The notes under the pieces were generated by a model. The model saw only the letters and a list, made by a program, of their open reading frames with translations, was not told where the DNA came from and made no database searches. The position numbers were made by a program, and so were the translations under genes. Shown here one piece after another: positions 36,801 to 49,400 of a stretch of 64,000 nucleotides of DNA. Origin of the DNA: Cycas panzhihuaensis (taxonomy: Eukaryota; Plantae; Cycadophyta). The stretch is taken from positions 182,907,741 to 182,971,740 of the forward strand of contig CM041465.1 of assembly GCA_023213395.1 (NCBI GenBank), in the 5' to 3' direction. The first letter of the stretch is position 1. Each line of letters begins with the position of its first letter.

Positions 36801-39093
36801 TAATTGGTAAAGGCCATCATCTTCCTTTGCAATAATAATAGCTTAGTTTCTTATGAGGAGCTTCATATTTTGGAATAAGACACTCATGTTTTAGTCTTCA
36901 ATTTAACTAAGAGAAAGTTACTTGTCAATCCTAGCATCAACAAGACATCACTTGTAAGGAATCTTTTTTATCATGCATAATTATTGGTACTTTACCAATT
37001 TCATTCATTGATAAGGTGTGATTAGTTTTAAAAGCCATAGTTTCACCCTCAATTTGTTTGGTATCTTCTAGCCACTCTATTTTTTTGGTCATGTGGTGAG
37101 TTGCATTTGAGTCAATAACCTACATGTATTGTATGTCATATTTGGAATGATATGCAACTATAAACAAATATCTGTCCTTATATTTTTAGTGGCCTCCATG
37201 GCCATATCTTTGTATATATTATCATGTATATCCTACATGTCCTTGTACTCCACTTGGATCCTATTTCATCATGTCAAACTTCTTTTTTATGTAGTATTTT
37301 AGCATGTGGTTAAACTTTCATATTAAAAACAATTAGGCATTTTAGACCCCTTAGAGAATTCTCTATTAGTTTGAAGTTCATATTCTTCAATCTTATTTCA
37401 GTAGTTTAGATGTTGTACAAAGAGACATTTGCCTTTAAACTTGGTTGCATATGCCCCCAAAGATTCACCATTTCTATTCCTTTAGTTAGTTGTTTATATT
37501 GTAGTAGAAAACTTTTTAACTCATTAAAAGGTTTTGTGTCTACCATGGTTAGAGTTAAAATAAAGTTCTCATAGTCTTTGGGAATACTTTTTAAAAGTGT
37601 TAATGACAAGGTCTTTAATAGTTATAGATTTACCTATTGTGGAGAGTTGGTTCTTAATTTCATTTATATTTTGTATGTGATTTGTTATGGACTTAACGAA
37701 ATTTGACTATACAATTGAGTTTTTCATGATAGAACCCTTGCATCATCCTTGTGTCTAAATAAATTAGTAATAAAATCTCAAGTATCTATAGATGTTATTG
37801 CATCTTGAATATTTTAAATAATATTTCCACTCACAGCGAGGTTAAAGAATGATGATGCAATTGTACTTTTTAAATCAAATTGTGTTTATGTAGTAACACT
37901 AGTGGTATCTCTTATAATAGTGCCATCAACATAAGTCCATAGATCATTTATAATCATTACATTTCTTTTACTTGTTTGCATGATGTATAGTTCTCAATTC
38001 CTATGAGAATTTTTGTGATTGCATTTAGCATGCTTATAGCCACTTGTTAGTGCATTTTTTAACCCAAAAATTAGAAAGCAAGATTGATCTATAAGGTGTG
38101 TCATGCTTTCCCCATTCAACTCTAATAATGCATTATTCTTCCAACTAAATTTAGTAACTTTTAAGATGGAAATCTTAGAGGGCATAGGGCATATTGTGTT
38201 TTCCCTAGAGGTTTCATCTTTGATAATTCTCTATTTTATGAAATAAGTTTTCCAAGTATCAAATTTAAAGATTTTATCAAGTCTTTAATGCTACATACTT
38301 GATATGTTCCTTATCCATGAGTTTTTTTAATGGAAAATAAGAAAAAAAGGTATAGTGATCTTCTTACAAGAAAATTTAAAAATGATTGAAACAACCTGAC
38401 AAGAATACATAAATACCAAACAAGCATTACTCAGTCTAAGTATAGCATAAACTAAATTATTATATTAACTTTTGTTCTTTATTTTTCTTTAGTCACTCCA
38501 TAGGGTATAAGAAAACCATGTGACTACTTTTAATTTCAAGAAAATTACAAATACAACTAAAAACATTTTCAAAAAGTTTAAAACAATTATGGAGATAGAA
38601 TTTGACTGAGCCCTTTCCCAACATGTGATCACATGCAAAATTCACTTGGGGGCTTAACTAGATTTCCATAGAATTGGCCTTTATTCCTTTGCTTGCTTAT
38701 GCCTGCATTCTACAATTTCAAATGGCAATCAAGTTTAGGATAGTGTCCCTCGACTCGATGCTCAGTAAGTGTGTTTCAATTGGTGCCCCCTTTGCAAGTT
38801 CTTTCTTTTGATGGCTATTGTTGTGAGACATCCTTCACTAGGATAGACACTAGCAAAGCCTCACCCAAGCTCCTATTCCTTGCCTCACATCTCCCTTTGT
38901 GGGTTGTGCCTTCTATTAGACCCTGCTCATGGCCTTTGAGATACATTGCTCCTACTACATTAGATGCCCTCCTTGAGCCTTTCGCTTTTTAAACTTGGAA
39001 AAAAAGAAGAAAGAAATAAGAAATAAATAACAACAAAATATCTCATGGGTTCTATTGTGACATGCCTTGTTATGGGTCAAGATTGAGATGCCA
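33826..39093 (-). mobile_element. Element C: old, heavily mutated Ty1/copia
   Basis: LTR end plus PPT at ~34054-34063. RH FIKPLS, RT LDVKNTFLNG, INT LRLDNGGKY and LWHERASYLN, PR VIDSNATHHM, gag LLKSIPKDYENF; gag start ~38185. The 3' LTR probably continues at 25052-25278 and 17041-17435. The 5' end is unclear. Confidence 0.8.
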
Positions 39094-39351
39094 TGTAGAC
39101 ACCCCTTCAACATGCCTTTGTATTATTTGCTTTGCATTGCCTTACCATAGGTTTTATTTTGATAGATGCCCCTTCACGGGCCTATGACTTCTTCATGCCC
39201 CTTGATTGAGTTCCATGCGATCTGACAATTCTATATAGAAGCCACATCCGACTTCAGTGCAATATTAACACTGTGGAAGCAAAAAAAAAAACCTATATAA
39301 TAAATGCTAGTAGACAGGAATACTCATAACAATCATCCTTTCTCACAAGAC

Positions 39352-39353
<2 letters not shown>

Positions 39354-39410
<57 letters not shown>
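39354..39410. repeat. (TA)n microsatellite
   Basis: Direct reading. Confidence 0.97.
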
Positions 39411-39412
<2 letters not shown>

Positions 39413-39489
39413 CAAAGTATATTATTCTATTAAACATTTATTAGCTTGTATTATATATACATAAGCATTATCCAAAAGGTATGCGAAAT

Positions 39490-41870
39490 CGTCAACCCAA
39501 AATGTCTACAAACAACAGAACAATACAACAAATATACAAAAATTTGTAATGAAAATTTTAAAGAAATTAGAAGAAATCTTTAATAAGGAAGTTAGATGAA
39601 TCTTTGACGATGCAAGAAACATTGTCTCTAAATGTGGTAACTTTTATACCACCATGTTATCACATGAACATTACTCTCTAGGGTTGCTCATCAAGTCACC
39701 TAGCCACAAAATTGTGATACTAAACCAAGCAAGCATTCCAATGTCTAATAATACAAAAGATAGGTTTGATGACACCCAACTTTATTACAATAGTCATTTT
39801 GTAGAATTGCAAAGGTTATTTGAGATTAGAGATCCTTGAGAAAAGCTAAGAGCTTCAACACTATCTCAAATAGTTGACATCAAGCATTTCAAAGTTAACC
39901 TAGAGTTCAATACATCATTCTATCAAAATTATGATAAAGAATATAAGGAACTACAGAAGTAATATATCGAAAACTAGAACATTATAAAGCTCAAATTGAT
40001 TTCTATGATTATGTATGATATGAGTGTGGATCACCAACCTACATATTCGTTAACAAGAAATTATGTAAGGCAGAGCACACATAAGAGTACCTATCAAAGA
40101 TGAAACAAACATGGAATTGTACTTGAAGTACCTAGATGAAAACATATCTATGCATAAGATATGCTTATTTGAGGAATATATGTTAGATTTCGAGGCCATT
40201 CCTCTAATCAACATGGAAGAATGACAGAAGCAAACTATGAATAAGTATGCAGAACAAGAGAAAATAGAAATACATAAAGGATGGCTTAACACAACTTCAC
40301 ATCTACAACGGAAGACATTATATGTCTAACACCATCTTTGGAGCAGTATGGATCAACTTATAATTCACATATTAAAGATTATATATCAGAAGTTGCATTA
40401 GTCTTAGTAACAAATTTGTCTCTTAAGCATCTCAACTAAGTCCTAAGAACTATTATACCAAAAATGTATAAGAGCATCACCTAATCTATACAACAACAAC
40501 AACAACAACTTATCTAGATGAAGCATACAAGCAACAATCGAATAAAAACTATAAGCAACCTAGTGCATATCTATTATCTAATATAATTATCGAATGGAAG
40601 ACACCATGGCAACAAATTTCTAACAATCTGCTTGGGAATTGGAACCTACGACAACTCATAGCCCATCGAATTACTACTCAATGACATAAGGTTGATCAAG
40701 ACAACATTCTCCTATTTGTAAGAGGCAATCTTTGGCCGTCATTTCTCAAATATGCTTCAAGGGCAATGCATTTGAAGATGGGGGATGGGGGTTATTGTTA
40801 TGTACCTAATCAATGATTATCCTTAACTAATTATTATTTATTTATGAAAAGGTATGCCGATAGGTCATACATCCTCATAAAATGACACCATACATGTCTA
40901 TATATGTGTGGTGACTGTAAATTGAATATCATTTGTTTATTAATCAATTATCCATCCATGGACTTATCTTTCAAGGCTCTTCAAGTGATCTCGGAAATTA
41001 ACCCCTCTGATCGACAAAGCATTCCTCAAGTCATCTATGATTTATCCATTTGGATCACCACTAGGGAGATATATGTGGTGGCTCCAATAATTTCAAAAAC
41101 ATCATGTTTCATGGATAAAATTAAAGGATTGTTTTTAGAAATACATGATATCAATTAAAATATAAGGAAATTTAGATAACATGTTCGATTTGAAAAAATG
41201 GAGAAGGAAGTGGAACAAAAATGTTATACTATTTCAACCTCTAGTGTAGAGAAGTAATATTGCCAACTACCCAAACCTAGTAGTCAAGAAGAATTCCAAA
41301 CTAAGGAAGCATAGCTAACAACAACATTTATATTAGAATATCTTAATGTAATATAGAACCTAAAAAATGTCTAGATAATAAGCTCGGGCATACAAGGGAG
41401 GACAAAGTAGTTAAAACAAAGAAGTTAAAAATACAAAAGATCAACATTAAAACCAAACAAGATCCATGTACGATAATGATAAGGAGTTATTGGGATATGA
41501 CTACTATATCCCATTCAAAATATCTCTTTCAAGAATATAAAGATGCCCTTGCATGGTCATATAAGGATTTAAAAGAAATACCCCTAGAGTTAGGAGTTTG
41601 CAATATTGAGGTAGTGGATGGGGCAAAACTAGTGTGTTACAAGCCATATCAAAGGAACCCTAAATTTAAAGTGAATGGCAAATGTTTTAGTGCAGTGGTC
41701 ATTACAAAGAAAAATAATGAAAAACTCCACATACATGTCAACTTTAAGTTGCTAAATAAATTTACCAAGAAGAATTCCATTTCCATTGTCATTTACAAAG
41801 AGCAAACTTTTAGAAAGTAGCCAAGAGTCAAGTATATGTCATTGACAAATTTAGCAAATATAATCCAAAC
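39490..41870 (+). mobile_element. Degenerate Ty3/gypsy (Athila/Tat-like) gag-PR-RT remnant
   Basis: RT N-terminus LFQEYKDALAWSYKDLKEIP...KKNNEKLHIHVNFKLLNKFT at 41476-41820; (CAA)n at 40491-40509 in the gag-like part. Confidence 0.75.
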
Positions 41871-42630
41871 TAGTAATAAGACTAAAATGAGCAATCAAAA
41901 AACCAATAATTTGTTCATAGGACTGAGTTAAAGGGGCTAGATGTTATTTCTAAGAGAGGTAAGAATTAAGATTAAAGCTCACTAAGCACATTCATTATTG
42001 TGAATAACCATTAAATATATCTAAATAGATAAAATTATTTATTTGGGATGGGCTAGGCTAGATTTGATATGGAGCCCTGGTCTTTGGTTTTGTAGCCAAA
42101 GAAGGAATTTTGAAAACAAATATTTATTTGAAAAAAGAAAAGAAAGAACATAATTTGAAATGTGCCAATGTTTGCCATATAAATGAAGTCCAATTTAAAT
42201 CTTCGATGCCTCACCTCAAACTAATTATGCTATTTTGGTATTATACACAACAATACTTGACAAAGTAGCATAATATTACTTGTAGCACATATGAGGTAAA
42301 ATGGTTGATTGGTTTGTGAACCACTTCATTTTGTTGATCATTAATCCTACCTCATAAAAGTTATTACTTTCAATCGTAAAAGAATACCATACACACCGCA
42401 CTTAGGCACTTGGACATGCCAATTCCTCAAGACTATTAACAAATTTATTAATTCAATAGGTGTAAGTGCCTTGTCCACTTTTAATTCAATGGCATATACA
42501 TATTACTATTAGCAAGTTACTACACTCTGCATAAGTTATTACTTTCCATACCTAATGCTCAAAGCTTTTGTCATTTCCCATCATAAACAACATCATGAAT
42601 GTTCATCCATTTTAAATATTAGAAAGAATT

Positions 42631-42743
42631 CTATTCCACAACCTTTTGGCGTGGTTGAACATCAAAGGACATTTCAACTAACCCAGTTATGCCTGCTGTT
42701 ATTGTTTGACCTGCCTTCACAGGGCCAACTCCTGGTGGAGTAC
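42631..42743 (-). CDS. FAHD1: Terminal coding exon of a fumarylacetoacetate hydrolase domain-containing protein (acylpyruvase/oxaloacetate decarboxylase FAHD1-like)
   Basis: (G)TPPGVGPVKAGQTITAGITGLVEMSFDVQPRQKVVE* matches the FAH-family C-terminal TGTPxGVG motif and the plant FAHD1 tail (GQKITAGITGL). Pyrimidine-rich acceptor GTTGTTTTTGTTCTAG| at 42744, phase 1. No stops. Confidence 0.88.
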
Positions 42744-44799
42744 CTAGAACAAAAACAACACCAATAATATGCAAATAAAGAGTGAGGATACAAGGAAGAG
42801 AGATCCATAAACATTTAGATAACAATGCAATGCTAGCGAAGCATTGCTGGTTTACAATTCCACCGGCTTCAACAAAACCTTCAATAGTTTTATTTGTAGA
42901 AATGCCATTTATATACCTCATGTATGCAAATCACAAATCAACCAATTCATGCCTAACAAACACGCATGAAATATTCTTCACAAAATGCAAATACCTAAGA
43001 TGTTCTAAATTCATGGCCACAAGCTTAACCATAATTTTTTTTCTTAGAACACTTTATATTGATCAAAAGCTAAATGAGCTAAAAGGTAAACAATATTAAG
43101 AACTCCGAAACAAGAAGTTATTGCACACTATCTATTCACAATACAAAGTAGTAATAGGTAAGGAAGTAGTAATAGATTACACCTGTGTGGTGTTTATTGT
43201 CTTAGAAGTGTCTATAATCTTGATACCCTTATTTCATTCTAGAGGCCTCATATTAGGTTGTTAGAAGTCATTTATTTCTTCCATACATTTGAGTTCTAGA
43301 GAATATTCTAAAAACTAGGAAATCATAGTTAAAGGTATGCAAATTTGTTGAAGTATGGCTTTTGGCCATTATACATGTTTAAGAGGAAGTTACTTTCCAT
43401 AATCAAATAGTCAATAAATGTACTTATTGATTGAATGATAACATCAACAAAAATCCTACCTTTTCAAAGGCTAGTTAAACTTGTGTAAATAAGACCTAAT
43501 GTAAACTCAATGGGTAATACCTATGAGTTAGCTAATGCAAGGATTAGTTCGCAACGATGATCAATGACAAATATCCACATAACATTCAAAAAAGAAATAT
43601 AGAATCTTTTGTAAGAAAGAAAGAGATGTTTATATGGGAGAACATTTAATATATGAGCATTTATGTCGATGAATTTAAAAGCAATTCCTCTTATGCCTGA
43701 TGCATATGATGATATTATAATACTCAACACACACAAAATCTCAATTGTCCAGACTAGATATTGAACTTTAGTGTTAGAATTAATGTTTATAGTATTAGGG
43801 TTATAACTTAATATTGTAAGTCTTAATACGTCCTTAGGGCAAGTTTGGTGAGTCATAAAAGCCATCATTCGATAGATGACAAGTGTCTAGGGCAATTATG
43901 TATTCCTTTAATGAATGCATGACAATTGCCAAGGCAATTACAAGTCTATTCAACCATTACCAATCTTGAATTATATTTAGATTTATATTGTAGATTGTAC
44001 ATAATATTGAGAATTCATAATGAATTTGAAAATTTTGAAAGTAGACCAATTCTACAAGGAAAACTTAGAGTGCAATTATGTTCTTGGCTTATTTTAATTT
44101 ACTCACATTTTAATATTAGAGCCAATTCATGAGAGATGAACTAGATTCAATAATGTTCTAAGTGCAACTCATTGTTGGGGTTTGTAGAGATGCAGTGCAA
44201 ATTTCTAAAATTCAAGTTTTTTGTAGCTAGAGAGTGAAGTTGCAACTCTAGGGCATCATTAAATGCCATGTATGTTGTGGTATTAAGTTAATTAAAAAAA
44301 TTATTGTGGAAATCTTCTTTAGTTGAGTATTGGTTTCGCATATTACTATGGTGATCACGATTTGCTTAAAGTAGGGGTAGGTTTACTATGGGCTTGTAGT
44401 GCCCATCTGAATCTTGTTTAAATTTCAAATTCAAATTGAAAAGGTTGATGATGGGTTTAATGTTAGACCAAAATTTCAAAATTCAAAAGAATCTTGAATA
44501 CCAACAGTGGACCGAAAACACTAAATGTAGCTCACACAAAATTGAGAAGGGGACTGAGCACATAATTGTGAGACATCTAGGGAAAAAATGCCCACATGAA
44601 AGAATGAACACAAGGCTAAGTAGGGGGCATGTCCATAATCATTTATTATGGAATGTCAAGGGGTAGACAAACAAAAGTAGGGATTGTGGGGCAAAAACCA
44701 CAAAGGGCAGACTTGTGAACACTACATTTAGAACCTAGATATGAACACTGAACACAGAGGGCTAGGTGACATTCAAACTCAAAGCCAAACCATTGTGAT

Positions 44800-45565
44800 T
44801 GAGAGTGGCATGTGAGGGAGTTATTAGAGGACATGGAAGCAAAGAAGCAACTTGGAGAAAGATCCTTAATGCAGCGCTATGGTGACCAGCTATATTCAAG
44901 GACACATGCAAATAGGTAGAGGATTATGATGTTTGTCTAAGGGTAGGGAAGCTCCACTACCAGGATTTTCAACCCTTAAGCCCATATTTCTAAAAGCCCC
45001 ATTAAAGAAGTGGCGACTAGATTTCATTAGTTGTATTCATCCTGCAACTCATTGTTCCCAAGGACATTACATCGTGGTGACCATTGGCTATACGACCAAG
45101 CGGATGGAGGAATGACTTCTACATCACACCGATGCTCACAACACAATAAGGATCATTTATGAAGTTATTATCACAAGATTTCACTGTCAAATGGAGTTAG
45201 TCAATGACTAAAGATCTCATTTACTAAACAAAGTGATTGAAGAGCTTACATCAACTTTCTCAATTAGCCATTGCAAGTCTACACATTACTATCCCCAAGT
45301 GAATGGACAAGTTGAGAGCTCTAACAAGATAAATGATAATTGTTTACAAAAGGTTTGTGATATTAGAAGAGAGAATTTGGTAGAAAAGTTACCTTCAATA
45401 CTACTAGTATTATGCATGACCTATAAGAGATCAACAGGACAAACGCCATTCCACCTAGTATATGGAATGGAAGCCATAGTGGCATTATCAATTTGAAATA
45501 CCAAGCATTCATATTGTATTGCATGCTAACTTGATGATGAGGACTCATTAAGAGAACAACTCCTT
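44800..45565 (+). pseudogene. Ty3/gypsy integrase remnant, cut by the LTR at 45566
   Basis: PLKKWRLDFI, STHYYPQVNGQVESSNK, TGQTPFHLVYGMEA. Confidence 0.85.
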
Positions 45566-46471
45566 TGTTGACTTCTTATCTCCCTTGTTGAGATATTCAC
45601 TTGTTAAGGATCACTATTCATTAGTCTAGTTAGGGTTGGTCAACATGATTATAAGACTATGTCACACATACAATCAATGGATCATCATAACATGATCATT
45701 ATTTCATCACACTAGTTTTAAGTCATCATGCATTCCTCATATGATCAATTTCCATCCACAAATTACACAAGATTCTACATAACTCTTTATTTTATTAAGC
45801 AATATCACAAGTGCATTCAGTTCTAGAGCATATCACTGCATACATTCTGGCTGAACTCACAATGCTTTGTTACACATGCGTTCCATATATTCTAGAATGG
45901 ATTATAATATGGAATGCCTCATTTTATGCACTGAATTAGATACCACATAATGAATGACTTGGTTTTCACCATTGGAATGGTGAGAAAAGTACCATTAAAT
46001 ACCCCTTTTTTTTGTGTCCTTTGGGTGAATGGTTATGACCCATGGTCATAACCATTCCCTTTCATAACAAACGTACCCTTTCACTTAACACATGATTACA
46101 ATCACTAATCAGTGTCTTCCTTGTCCATACGTTTGTACATGTGTGTGTGTCCTTGTTGACGTCATCAGATTGGGTGTGTTTAGGTCCATTCTAGGTATGC
46201 GTACCCTTCTATGCATACCGCATGCGTACCTATATATACACATACCATTTGAGTACATACCCTGAAATGCATACCCCGAGAGTCCTTTTCTTGGATTTGT
46301 CTTGATTTCTGTCATGTGTACCTTTATATGGTCTACCAATTATGCATACCTTCATTCTCCATGTCAATACAAGTATGCATTCCTAGTTTTCCATGGTCTA
46401 GAGTGTCATACATACCAAAAATAACTCCAACATCTATCCTAAGTCAACAAAAAGGGTTGAGCATCATTTCT

Positions 46472-49400
46472 TGTCAGAATGCTAAACAAAAGATAGATGA
46501 AGAATGCTTAATGATTAACATTGAGAGCTCAAGTGAATAAATACAATTAGGGTTTATAACTGACCTGTAATCAAAATACCTCTAAATGCCATGTGTCTGT
46601 TGGTTACATATTTGAATATCTAGTCTATGACATAAGATAAAACATTACATTCTAACACCCTCTCTTAATGTTTTATCCTATTAAACCTATTTCATCCCTA
46701 AGTATTTGGAATTTGTCTTTTCCAAGTGGTTTGGTTAATATGTCAACCACCTATTTATCTGTAGGACAATAGACAAGATCCACTTCTTTGTTTTGGACCT
46801 TTTCTCTAATAAAGTGATGTTGAACCTCTATGTGTATGGTTCAGGTGTGAAATATATGATTCTTGGTGAGTTTAATGGTACTTTAATTGTTGCAGTGAAG
46901 TATGGTTGCTTCCTTTTGAGGCTCTTCAAATCACTCAAAAGTTGTCTGAACCATACCACTTTAGTGGTTGCATGGACAGTTGATTTGTACTCAGCTTCTG
47001 TGGATGATAATGCTACAATGGCTTGTTTTTTGCTGCTCCAAGATATTGGTGAAGATCCTAAGAAGAAGCAATGTTTGTTGGTTGACTTCCTTTGTTCTTT
47101 ACCACTTGCCTAGCTTGAATCACAAAATCCTGTTAACTGAAGAGATTTTCCTTTTGGAAATACCAGTTTGAACTCTATTGTGCCTTTTAGATATCTCAAG
47201 ATGCTTTTTGCAGCATTCCAGTGTTTTGTTCTTGGGTCATGCATGTATCTTGAAATTAGACCTACAACATATGAGATGTTTGGTCTTGTTGTTGTAAGGT
47301 AGATGAGGCTACCAATGAGTTGCCTGTACAGGGTTGCATTCACATATGGTTCCTTTTCATCCAGAATCAAATTGCAGTTTACTTCTATGGGTGTAGAGCA
47401 AGGATTGCATTCTTTCATACGGAATTTGGCTAGCAAATCTTTAATGTATTTGCTCTGGCAAAGAGAAATTGAATCATTTTGTTGATCAATTTGGATTCCC
47501 AAATAGTAGTTGAGGAGCCCCAGGTTAGTCATTTCAAATTTGCCTTCCAGTTGACTCTTTATGTCTGATATTGATTCTTCATCATCACTAGTGAGAATCA
47601 TGTCATCAACATATACCACCATTATGGTGATTGAACCATTCCTATTTTTTATATATAGACTTGGGTTTGCATTGCTCCTTTGAAAGCCATTAATGCAAAG
47701 ATAATTATCAAGTTTTGCATACCATGCACGAAGAGCCTTTTTCAGTCCATAAAGTGCCTTTTTCAACTTGCAAACAAGGTGCTCTTGCCCTTCTTTGACA
47801 TATCCCTCAAGTTGAGACATAAAAACTTCCTCTTCTAAATCGCCATTTAAGAATGTACTTTTTACATCTAACTGGCATATGTTCCAATTCTTATGTGCTG
47901 CGAGAGCTAAAACTATTCTTACTATGTTTAGTTTGGCTATTGGAGAGAATGTTTCTTCATAATCTACACCTGTTGTTTGGGTATAACCTTTTGCAACTAG
48001 CTTGGCCTTGTATCTTTCTATTTTCTCTTAGAGCCCCCTTTTGATTTTGTATACCCATTTGCAATTTACAACTGATTTGTTGGAAGGCAACTCAACCAGT
48101 TTCCACATTTGATTTTTTATTATGGATTCTAGCTCAATGTCCATGGCTTTCCTCCATTCGGAATGTTCCTTTACTTCAGTAAATAATTCTAGTTCTACTT
48201 GACTGAATAGGGCTTTTGGTTTTTGGCTTCTTATTTTGTGGGAAAGAATTTCACTTTTTCCTTCCTCTATGGTTTTGAGGTACTATTTGGGAACCCTCTT
48301 TTCCTATTTGTCTTCTTTAGTCCTTGATTCTTCTGGAGAGACTTCTGCTTCTTGAGGAGTAGAGCCTAAAACAGATTCTTTAGAGATTTCTTCTATAGTT
48401 ATACCTAACTCTTCCCGAAAGAGTATCAGGAATGGCTATCTGAGGTGTTTTCTCTATCATTGGAATTGGCCTTATACTTTCTTCCTTGTCTTCTTCATTA
48501 AAGACAACATCCCTGTTTACATACACTTTATTTGTTTAAGGATCTATGCACTTGTAGGCTTTGGAGTGTTTGTTGTATCGTACCATAATGCATTCTAGAC
48601 ATTTTGACTCTAGCTTTGTCCTTTTTTTGTCTGGTATGTGGACAAAGGCTTGGTTGCCAAATACCTTAAGGTGACTTATATCTGGTTTCCTTCCTGTCCA
48701 AGCTTCCTCTGGAGTAAGATGGTCTACTGTTTTGGTTGGGCTCTTATTTAGTAAGTAGCAGGTTGTGCTAATTGCTTTAGCCCAATATGTTTTTGGAATG
48801 TTTTTACCAATCAACATGTTGCGTGCCATCTCCATGATAACTCTGTTTTTTCTCTCTGCTACCCCGTTCGATTAGGGTGTGTTTGGAGTTGTGAACTACC
48901 TTTGTATCCCTTTGACTTTGCAGTATTCCAAAAACGCTTTGGAAATGTATTCACCTCCACCATCGGATCTTAAGCATTTTATTTTGGGATCTGCCTCCAA
49001 TTCAACCTTGACTTTGAACTCTTTGAACACATCAAAGACTTCTGATTTAGTATGCAAGAAATAAGTCTAGATTTTTTTTGGTTAGATCATCTATGAAAGT
49101 GAGGAAGTATCTGCATCCATTTATGGAATGTGGGGTGAATGGGCCACAAATCAGTATGAACTAATTCTTATTTTTTTTGTGCTCGCCATTTGCTTTCATG
49201 GAATGACAACCTATGTTGTTTGTCGTATTAATAGCTTTTACATACAAAGTTACTTGATGAGATTGGAGGTAGACCAACTACTAGACCATTTCTCTCCATG
49301 TTGTTTAATTTTTCTATAGGGAGATGACCATACTTCAAATGCCACATCTTATTATTATGACTTACTGCAGTACAAGCTTTTACCCCCTTTGCAATTACAT

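Noticed and set aside
42744-42921. N-terminal part of ORF 42631-42921 as coding sequence
   Set aside because: Similarity to FAHD1 begins exactly at the AG acceptor; the upstream part is intron read-through.
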